From Amoebophrya sp. A120 (taxonomy: Eukaryota; Protista; Dinoflagellata): a DNA stretch of 64,000 nt. The stretch is taken from positions 256,717 to 320,716 of the forward strand of contig CAJINV010000025.1 in the NCBI GenBank assembly GCA_905178155.1. The letters run 5' to 3'. Position numbers and translations under genes: made by a program. The notes under the pieces were generated by a model. The model searched no databases. It saw only the letters and a program-made list of their open reading frames with translations, and was not told where the DNA came from. Shown here one piece after another: positions 9,401 to 19,100 of this stretch; position 1 is the first letter of the stretch; the number at the start of each line of letters is the position of its first letter.

Positions 9401-12228
9401 ATTTCTGCTCATTTCTGCTGGGGCAGATTTACAGTGGGATTAGCCATTTCTGCTGGCCGCTTTTTGCTCTTGTGGTTTTTTCTTTCGTTTTGAGAATGCC
9501 GCGAACTTTTTTCAGAGTTCGCAGTGCGCTCTCCCCCCGGGAATCTCGCTTTCAGCTTGTTTGCGAAAGACCTGGAATGTCATGACGACTGCAATTTTTG
9601 GCCAGCAGAAATCATTTCTGCTCATTTCTGCTGGGGCAGATTTACAGTGGGATTAGCCATTTCTGCTGGCCGCTTTTTGCTCTTGCGGTTTTTTATTTCG
9701 TTTTGAGAATGCCGCGAACTTTTTTCTGAGTTCGCAGTGCGCTCTCCCCCCGGGAATCTCGCTTTCAGCTTCTTTGCGAAAGACCTGGAATGTTATGACG
9801 ACTGCAACTTTTGGCCAGCAGAAATCATTTCTGCTCATTTCTGCTGGGGCAGATTTACAGTGGGATTAGCGATTTCTGCTGGCCGCTTTTTGCTCTTGTG
9901 GTTTTTTCTTTCGTTTTGAGAATGCCGCGAACTTTTTTCAGAGTTCGTAGTGCGCTCTCCCCCTGAGAATGTCGCTTTCAGCTTGTTTGCGAAAGACCTG
10001 GAATGTCATGACGACTGCAATTTTTGGCCAGCAGAAATTATTTCTGCTCATTTCTGCTGGGGCAGATTTAATACAGGGGGATTAGCCATTTCTGCTGGCC
10101 GCTTTTTGCTCGTGTGGTTTTTTGCTCCTCCTTCCCGCTTCGAGTTCGGAACCCTCCTGACTAGTTCGCACACTCGTAATGCGAGGTAATCGGCAGAAAA
10201 AGTTGATAAGTGCGACACATGTAAAGAGAATAGATACAACACGAAGCCCATGATTGATCAGGTCCTTGCGTACCGGGAAAGGCATTTGAAGCAGATGTAT
10301 CCAGTGAAAATTATATGTCCGGGTCTGGAAAGTTGTGATGCAAGAAAGGAAATAGTCAGTTACTAACGCTGTACCACCCGGCGCAGAATAGAAAGTTGAC
10401 CAAATGTTGACGGATTTGTGACGGACAGGGTTTTTGAAAGTGGGGCGCTCTTCAGATGCACTCGGTGGCATCGCAGGAGCTATCTCAGCAGTGCCTTCGG
10501 GTCATTCTCTTCCGCGTCACAGCCTCACCGCGGTAATGCGTTGACTACGCCCTACGTGGGTACATGGAGCAGCGCACTACCCTGGTGCGGGCGCCATAGA
10601 CTTCAGCTTTGGCTAGGCGCCGAAGCAAGGGCGAGGCCTACGTGGTGGTCTGGGGATGGCAAATGTGGCAGTAGCCTGATGTGGGGTCGATGATTTGGGA
10701 TGGAAGTCGTCAACTTTGAATGGCTTTCAGCCTTTCGAAATGGAGATCACCCATTTGAAATGGCGATCAGCCATTTGAAATGGAGATCATCCATTTGTGA
10801 CGAAGATCAACCATTTGTGACGAAGATCAACAATTTGTGACGGAGATCAACAATTTGTGACGAAGATCAGTGGGCCTGATCCGATTTGTGACGAAGATCA
10901 TGGCCTCTGTTCAGAATTTGTGACGGAGGTCAGAATTAGGTCTGATTTGGGTCAGAAATCCTGTCCCTATATTACATTCTGGATTTCTGACCTAAATCTG
11001 ACCGAACTCTGATCGCCGTCACAAATTGACGAGATCGGTGCTAAAGTGAGAAAGATAGCGCTTTCCTCGTCGCGGGCGCGGTGTTTTCGCCCTCGGGACT
11101 CTCCCCATGCCCGTTCGGCCGGTTGTGTTTTTTCCTTGCCGGTCGAGTAGCTGGCATGGGCGAAAATTTCTCGTCGCCGGCCCTCCGGGCCGTCGACGGT
11201 CTTGCGCTTTGTTTCTGCAGCGCATGTTGGCCTTTCTTTTACGTGGCGACCCACCTGTTGCCGCTTCGCAGCGACTGCGGTCCGGTTTTTAGTCCCCCCG
11301 GCCGAACTAGATGCAAGCGGGCGCTTGCCGGGTAATGCTTTGGGAAGTGATGCCTTTCTTTTCTCAGCAGGCCTTGGAAGGTCAAGCTCAAGGCTCAGGT
11401 GGAGCGCGAGCAATGGCGCAAAATTCGCGCGCAGCCGCTGCAGTCAAAGTAGCGCAGCGCACCTTCTTGGCTAGTTCCTCAAGCCAGCGTGAGGCGCCTG
11501 GAAATGAAAAACGCTGTCCGTCACAAATCCGTCACAATTTCGCCACAATTCAAATTACAATCCGCATGGTATGACGTTAATCAGTACACTGTAATGCGCT
11601 CCCAAACGTGACAATTTTTTCCGTGGTTCTGAGACTGAGTTGCGTCCTCCGCATGAGACTAAAGTGCATTCTTGCGTGACAGGATAGACAAGCTGCTCGC
11701 GGCCACGCAACACAGAACTCGGATTCATGCCAGACAAGCATGACAAATCTCGCAATCTCCTAGATCCAGACACTGTTGCAATCTGATAAGATGCGGCACG
11801 TCGAGACCAACGAGAAGTTCAAGCAGTACTCGGCGGAAGTGCCACACGACTGGTATCCTAGGTAAAAACGTCCCCACCTGCTTGTAGTTCTAGTTCTTGT
11901 CATGCGAATCTGCATGCCCAAAGAAAATGTTTCGCATGCGGAGCCCCATGATGAGAAGCGTTTTTTAGTCGTCCTTTGGAATTTGGAATGCTCCAATCTG
12001 CATACAAGACTAGATATGTGATGCTGCTGAACGAGCTAAACAGGATCATTACACTAAGAGGCCAAGCTACTTGTCATGCGCAACAACCGAAGCTGTTTGA
12101 TTTGTGTAGCAGATTTCTTGCTATCTTGACTCTGGTGTGGGTACGTTTTTCCTCAGGATAGCTGGGACACTGTGCAGGCCAAGATTCACATGGAAGAAGA
12201 GAAGGAGCGGGGAAGCGGCGGGGGCTAA
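470..12228 (+). CDS. IFT80: Intraflagellar transport protein 80 (WD40), 5' part upstream of window; 15 introners plus 4 GT-AG introns (1062-1239, 4881-5015, 6126-6344, 7194-10261)
   Basis: Spliced peptide follows IFT80 colinearly: [141 protein letters not shown]; TAA at 12226-12228. First exon boundary approximate. Confidence 0.93.
702..900. mobile_element. Introner, family D3
   Basis: TSD CTGGG; restores VSW|APNG. Confidence 0.9.
1304..1567. mobile_element. Introner, family A (TIR TAT.AA.TGCAAAAATGTCTGGGTCTGGAA)
   Basis: TSD GACGT/GCCGT. Confidence 0.9.
1664..1790. mobile_element. Introner, family E (TIR TATGAGAGTGCACAAC)
   Basis: TSD TCGAC. Confidence 0.9.
1875..2192. mobile_element. Introner, degenerate family A, stacked with the next
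   Basis: TSD ACTCA. Confidence 0.85.
2198..2366. mobile_element. Introner, family B (TIR TATGAACTGCAAAAGTATCGTACT)
   Basis: TSD ACTCA. Confidence 0.9.
2413..2683. mobile_element. Introner, family A, opposite orientation to 13585
   Basis: TSD CCACC. Confidence 0.9.
3045..3285. mobile_element. Introner, family D (TIR ..GAAAAAAGTGT.ACAGTTA)
   Basis: TSD GGGGA. Confidence 0.88.
3317..4865. mobile_element. Introner, family A, expanded by 99-bp array
   Basis: TSD CAAGA/CACGA; restores LDK|NKDL. Confidence 0.88.
3405..4789. repeat. 99-bp tandem array, about 14 copies, inside introner 3317-4865
   Basis: tacaagccatgcactcc recurs at 3421, 3520 and onward. Confidence 0.97.
5101..5431. mobile_element. 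Introner, family C (TIR TATC.AA.GAAAAATCC.CCCTCCCCATAT)
   Basis: TSD ACATG/GCATG. Confidence 0.9.
5684..5832. mobile_element. Introner, family B, stacked with the next
   Basis: TSD CCCAC. Confidence 0.9.
5838..6062. mobile_element. Introner, degenerate family A-like
   Basis: TSD CCCAC. Confidence 0.85.
6485..6728. mobile_element. Introner, family E
   Basis: TSD CTTGC. Confidence 0.9.
6759..7037. mobile_element. Introner, family I (TIR core AGCCATGGAACAATCT)
   Basis: TSD GCGGA. Confidence 0.88.
7453..10126. repeat. 213-bp tandem array, about 12.5 copies, inside GT-AG intron 7194-10261
   Basis: Period 213 (ORF starts 7468, 7681, 7894...); unit has inverted repeat GGCCAGCAGAAAT..ATTTCTGCTGGCC. 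Confidence 0.97.
10298..11788. mobile_element. Introner, family A-like, expanded by nested element
   Basis: TSD AGATG; restores LKQM|RHVETNEK. Confidence 0.88.
10361..11580. mobile_element. Non-autonomous TIR element nested inside introner 10298-11788
   Basis: Imperfect TIRs including GACGGATTTGTGACGGACAG / CTGTCCGTCACAAATCCGTC; TCAGT on both flanks; internal 20-bp repeats at about 10720-10930. Confidence 0.65.
11854..12160. mobile_element. Introner, family F (TIR TATCCT..GTAAAAA.GT.CCCAC)
   Basis: TSD ACTGG/GCTGG. Confidence 0.9.
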
Positions 12229-13165
12229 AGTTATATCAATATCAAGTGTTTCTTGCATATAGCATTTCTTGCATGAACGGGTTCACCAATTGTTCAGATC
12301 TAGAGATTTTTTACTTCACATTTTTTTCACCTGCTTGTGCTTCTTTCGTGCACCATCTTCGGGCGAAACTGATTTATTAGCAATAGCAAAGCAAGAACAG
12401 TGGAGGTACTTATGCAGAAAAAACAGTAAACTCTTATGGATACAACTCAGAAGTAGCGTAGCATAGCGTAGCCTATGTCTATCACAGTTAGTACATCGTT
12501 GTCGATACGTAGGAAGTAGTAGTCGTATGCAAGAGCCGTAGCAAGGGTTTTTTTGTAACACAAGGCGGCGATCGGGAAATAAGAGGTGCAGCAACTAAAT
12601 CACAGTGGAAAATAAACCGGATTGTTAATGGAACCAGAAAAAAATCATTCCGAATCGTCCTTCGCCGTGTTGCGAAGCGGCTGTCTTTCCTCTTTGCAGC
12701 TTGAAAGCATGAGTACTACCAAAATTCTTGTTTACGACATGTCAACAGACGCTTGTTCTCGTCTTTCTTCTATGCCCGGAGACCATGATCCGCACGAAAA
12801 AATGGAAAAGGATTTGTTTGTCGAGTAGCTCCTGCAGAAACAGAAAGTAGTCGTGACCTCCCATGTGGGTGTACCAAACATCAAATTCAAAATGCCGAAC
12901 TGAGTAGAGTCTTGTTCACCACTGTACCCAAGGCAACAACAAATTTGAGGGCGGGCGACCGAGAAAGAAGAATGTGTGAGCGTATTTACGCGGTGTAAAT
13001 TAATACGTGGAAAAAGATAAACATTTAGAACAAGACGGCTGCGTGATGGAAGCACGGCTTGCGTATTGAAGCAAAAAAACGAAACAGCCTAAACTCCCGG
13101 TCTTTCTTTTTTGGCCTGCGTCACAGTTGTGTCGTGGAACTGCATAGCAGCACGACTCAGGCACC

Positions 13166-16100
13166 ATGGAGGAAGCGTTCGCGCAGCGCTCTACTTCCCG
13201 GTCCTCCACCTCCGCAAGAATGGAGCCTTCGCAGCAGTCCACCCGGGCTTTCGTGCTTGGCCAAGCGGAGCGGCATTTGTCGAGCCTGACGCAGCTCGCG
13301 ATTCTGATTACGATTGTCTGCTACGCGATGGTGCAGCTCCAGGAAATTCTGATCTATGCTGTGCAAAAGTATCGTACTCGTAGTAGTTGCAATTATGCAT
13401 TTACAAATCTCCATCTCACGGTGAAACAGCATCACAAATTCCATTTGTCGTGCTAAGGTAATTTGTAATGCAATTCCCACTAGTACGATGCTTTTGCAAT
13501 TCATATGATCCCCTTCGCGCTCGCGGTCTTTCTCTTGCAGCTCTTCGAGAAGGTCGCCAAATTGCTGGCCAAGCCCCGGGATCTTATCAAATGTAAAAAT
13601 GTCTGGGTCTGGAAAGGTGGAACTTGTGATGCTTTTTGCGGATCCGATTTCGAAAAAAAACTGTATTGCATGACCAGCAAGAGAAGTCCAATTTGGTGTA
13701 CACGGAGAGGGCATTTCTGATGCAGAATACGCATCAGGAAGCCCTCTAGAAATATGTGATGCTAGGCCATGCATTACAGGCATCAAGGGCCATGCAAAAT
13801 ATGCATGACAAGTCTGGCAATCTTTCAGACCCAGACATTTTTGCATTTGATAGATCTGCTCGTGAAGCAACTGGACTCTTATTGCGCGAACTACGAGCAG
13901 GCTACTATGGCAACATCTACTTCATCCGCGAGGCATTTCACAGCTAGTGGCGGAGCAAACGATCATATGAATCTGGGCGACCACGTGAGTGGCGGTGCGA
14001 GAACGCCGACGGGAATCGCCAGTACAACCGGTCCTACTTCTTCCGCGACAGTTGTCTCACCGCTTTCGCTATGAAATGCAAAAGCATCGTACTAAGTAGA
14101 AATCGCATGACAAATTTCCTCAGCATGAAAATTGGAATTTGTAATGCGGATATAGGTTGTAAGAAGGAGATTTGTAATGCATGACAGGAGCGATTACTAC
14201 GAGTGCGATAATTTTGCACAGCATATTCGCCTACAGCTACAAGGCCCTCGTCCCGGAGGAACATTGCACTTTTCTACAGCTATATGGCAAGAAAAAACTG
14301 TTTCGCTGTGAACTTGTGATGCATAGAATGGAAGACAGAACGCATTTGTCTTGCCACACCTGCAAGACCTCGACTCTTTAGCCGTGTTTTCCCTTTGGAA
14401 GCGCGCATGGCAAATTTTCTGCGTCATGTGTAACAAACTTGTGATGCAGATCTTGCAAGATGATCATCACAGTGAAACAGTTTTTTCGTGGGATAAGCTA
14501 CCTGAAGAAGGCGATTCACGTGATTTCCGATTTGTTGATTATCCTCATCTGTCTCGCGTCGGTGCTGTATGACGGTGCACAACTCCCCCTCCCCCTCATT
14601 TGTATCGCATGAAGAGCAACACAAGCAACAGCAGAAAAGGGGTTTTCGCATGACAAATTTTCATGCGGATTGTAGTACTAATTTGAGGTTCCAAAATTTG
14701 TCATGCTAGCAGTGCTTACGAGCAAGGTGTGAGTTTGGTACTTTGCATGACAAACGAGGGGGAGGGGGAGTTGTGCACTGTCATATGCTGCTCTTTGTCT
14801 TCCTGGTGTTCTACGGGCTGTCGAATCTGTTCGATAAATCCAAATTCATATGAACTGCAAAGAAAAGCATTGTACTTGTAGTATTGCAATGCAAATTAGC
14901 TCAGCATGAGAAATGGAATTTTTCATGCTGATTTAGGTTGAAAAAGAAATTTGTGTTGCATGACTGCGATTTTTAGTAGGAGTGCGATGCTTTTGCACAG
15001 GATAACTCAGCAAGTACTACCAATCACCGCGGGTGCAGGATTTGATAAACTACCTGCGGTCACTAGGGGTGGAGATCACGGTCGACGAAGTGGTCCGGAA
15101 AATCGAGGACCCCTTGACCCAATTTGTCGGCGGGGTTTTGCATTTCTTGTCGACGGGCTTCTTGGTGTTGATGATCCTCGGATTTTTACTCCTCGGGGTG
15201 TTGCAGGAGACGCAGGCGAAGAAAACCGGCACAGTGACGAGCGGGAGCGCTACAACAGCTTCGGGGACAAATCTTTCTCTGCACCACCAACGTCAACATA
15301 CCGCCTCCGATCTGGATCGAGAACTTTCTGACGTTACCACCGTTATCAAATGGAAAAATGTCTGGATGTGGATCTGGAAGAATGCAACTTGTGATGCTGC
15401 ATTTGGATTCCAAAAAAATCTGTATTGCATGACCAGCAAAAGGAATCTGATTTTTGCTACGCGGAGAGGGCATTTGTCATGCGGAATAGGCATCAAGAAT
15501 CCCTTTAAAAAAACTGTGATGCTAGGGCATGCATCACAGACATCATGGCTCACGCAAACCGTGCATGACAGGTCTGAGAATCTTCCAGACCCAGACATCT
15601 TTGCATTTGATAGACGTGGCGCACGTGCGATCTTCTGCGACAGGTACCGTTTATGCTGTGCAAAAGTATCGTACTCGTACTAATCGCGTTCATGCATTAC
15701 AAATTTCTTTCTCAAGTGAAATATTAGCGCGAAAGTACCCCTAACGAAAAAATCTTCAACAAATTGCAAAAGTTTTTGAAATTTTCTGTCGTCTCTGTTT
15801 TGTGGCGCGTTGCGCTGGTATGGGCCGAGATGCCCAGCAGGCTGGGTCTGCGGCCGGCGTGGAGGAGTTTTCGCCGCGAGGCCTGTTGAAGCCGCAGGCT
15901 TGGTGCAGCATAAAACTTGCGGCTGACAGCCCATCGCCCCATGGCCCGCGAGCCGTTTTAGTGATTATTTTGGCCGTGAAAGCGTCTGCCCCTTTTCTCC
16001 AAAATTCAGCCAAAAATAAATCGCAGGCGGGCCCGTTTTTCGGCGCCCAAATTTCCGGAGGACCACGGACGGACCACAGACGGACCGCAGGCGGGCCACA

Positions 16101-19100
16101 CTTGGCCAACAAAGCAAATTTTTAAAATTCCCAAAGTCAGGCGATTCCTTAGGGTTTTTGCCGTCCCGAGCCAATTCGGGTGCTTTTGTTTGCACAAAAA
16201 GAATTTTTTTTTCGAACAAGCGGAATTTGGGAAAAATTTGTTTTTGCACAAAAAAAATTTGGGAAGGCGATACGGTTGGGGGGTAAAATTGGGGGTTGAG
16301 AACTTTTCCTGCCCGGGAAGCAGGACGCCACGCTGGGTGAACGCAATCCATGTCGCGGCTGCAGAATTAGTGCTGTGGGCCCGGATGGCTGGGCAGCCTC
16401 CCGCGCAAGTCGGGCCTACATCGCGAACGCTCCAACCTGGCAGGCCTCGGCATTTCAATTTTCCCGACCATGGCCGCAGGAAGGGCCGCGACCTTTCTGG
16501 TGATTTTCGCGACGACAAAAAAAAACCAAATTTGTTGGAATCAGATTCCTTAGGGCAACTTTCTGCCCAAGAAATACGCATTACAAATTTTATTTTTCAT
16601 GCTGAGGAGATTTGTCATGCGATTTATATATACTAGTACGATACTTTTGCAATTCATACCGTTCCGGGCGTGCCGATTGTCATGCCTACTACGACAGGAG
16701 TAGACAGATTCAAAAATACAAGTACGATGAACGGCGCTTCGATATACAACAGTGAAGTACGCAGTGCAACAGTGCTATCGTACTCGTATAAATGCATTAC
16801 AAATCATGTACATGTCCTCAGCATGAGAAAGAAAATTAATTTGTAATGCTGATCTACCTCAAGAAAAAGATTTGTAATGCATGACTGCAATACGAATACG
16901 ACGCTTTTGCGCTGCATATGAAGCGGAGTCGGACTATTCCCCGTCCATCGCCGATATCGTGTCGACAGCGGCTAGCACGACCAGTCCGCAGCACTTGCAC
17001 GCCACCGTCGCTGCCGCGGAGTTGAGTATGGATCACGCGCTCAGTAACAACAACGCGAGCAAGGTCACGCCCTTTCTCACGTCTCCGACCACGCAGCATG
17101 GGGCAGCACCGCCCCTGTTGGCCGCGCGTGGGACTCGGGACCCGAGACAGCCGCAGCTACCACACCACACGACCTCCACACGCTCGTCTCCGCACTATTT
17201 TGAATCCTTCGCACCAAAGGCGAAAGACCAGATCCAGAAGTACATTCTGCTGAAGACGCTCATGTCTCTGATTCTCGGGTGCGGGGTGGGCACCACGCTG
17301 TTAGCGGTGCAAGTCGACTTCTGGTTCGTTTTTACCGTGATGGCGTTTCTGCTGAACTTCATCCCGACCGTCGGCGGCGCGATTAGTTTGATCTTACCCA
17401 CCGTGATCACGTTTTTGGACCCAACGAAACAGGTGTCGGACATCTTGATCGTGTTTATCATACCGGTATGCATTGCAAATATGCCTGGGTCTAGAAGGAT
17501 GCAAAGTTAATCCTGCTCGTCTGGCATGACTATGAGAGTATCTCTTTGATGCGTGATATCCAAGAAGACACCCTAGTATTGCTTGTCATGCAAAGTCGCC
17601 GTTTGTAATTGAATTGTAGTCTTTATGGCGAAAGCGCAAGGCCTAGCCGCGCAAATAATATTTCTCACGCTTGGTTGTGCATTATGGAAACAGATTTTAT
17701 CACTTACGACTACGAGAAATTCAGATTCACAAACACAGCCGACCATATATAAGTTTCCAAACCTAGACTTTTTGCATTGGATAACCAGGGTTGCTGCACA
17801 TTCTCTGCGGAAACGTGTTGGAGTATCAAGGTGAAAAATTCTCCCTCCCCCTGATCAAAGTGGAATTTACCCACCTACCTACCGGCTCGCCTGGTCGACC
17901 AGGCGACCGGGAGGCCGCATACCGTGCCGGAAGTGGATCAGACAGGGCCGGCGCCCCTTTCGCTCGCCTGGTCGACCAGGCGAGCGGAGAGAACCTGCCG
18001 AAAAGTTGCGTCACCTTGAGGCCGCATACCGTGCCGGAAGTGGATCAGACAGGGCGGGCGCCCCTTTCGCTCGCTTGGTCGACCAAGCGAGCGAAGAGAA
18101 CTTGCCGACAAATTGCGTCACCTTGTGGCCGCGTACCGTGCTGGAAGTGGATCAGACAGGGCCGCCGCCCCTTTCGCTCGCCTGGTCGACCAAGCGAGCG
18201 AAAAGAGCCTGTCGAGAAATTGCGTCACCTTGTGGCCGCACACCGTGCCGGAAGTGGATCAGACAGGGCCGACGCCCTTTTCGCTCGCCTGGTCGACCAG
18301 GCGAGCGAAAAGAACTTGCCGAAAAATTGCGGCACCTTGCGGCCGCGTACCATGCCGGAAGTGGATCAGACAGGGCCGGCGCCCCTTTCGCTCGCTTGGT
18401 CGACCAAGCGAGCGAAAAGAACTTGCCGAAAAATTGCGGCACCTTGTGGCCGCATACCGTCCCGGAAGTGGATCAGACAGGGCCGACGCCCCTTTCGCTC
18501 GCTTGGTCGACCAAGCGAGCGAAAAGAACTTGCCGAAAAATTGCGGCACCTTGTGGCCGCATACCGTGCCGGAAGTGGATCAGACAGGGCCGACGCCCCT
18601 TTCGCTCGCTTGGTCGACCAAGCGAGCGAAAAGAACTTGCCGAAAAATTGCGGCACCTTGTGGCCGCATACCGTGCCGGAAGTGGATCAGACAGGGCCGA
18701 CGCCCCTTTCGCTCGCTTGGTCGACCAAGCGAGCGAAAAGAACTTGCCGAAAAATTGCGGCACCTTGTGGCCGCATACCGTGCCGGAAGTGGATCAGACA
18801 GGGCCGACGCCCCTTTCGCTCGCTTGGTCGACCAAGCGAGCGAAAAGAACTTGCCGAAAAATTGCGGCACCTTGTGGCCGCATACCGTGCCGGAAGTGGA
18901 TCAGACAGGGCCGACGCCCCTTTCGCTCGCTTGGTCGACCAAGCGAGCGAAAAGAACTTGCCGAAAAATTGCGGCACCTTGTGGCCGCATACCGTGCCGG
19001 AAGTGGATCAGACAGGGCCGACGCCCCTTTCGCTCGCTTGGTCGACCAAGCGAGCGAAAAGAACTTGCCGAAAAATTGCGGCACCTTGTGGCCGCATACC

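Noticed and set aside
7468-10189. Series of identical 60-66 aa ORFs
   Set aside because: Artefact of the 213-bp satellite
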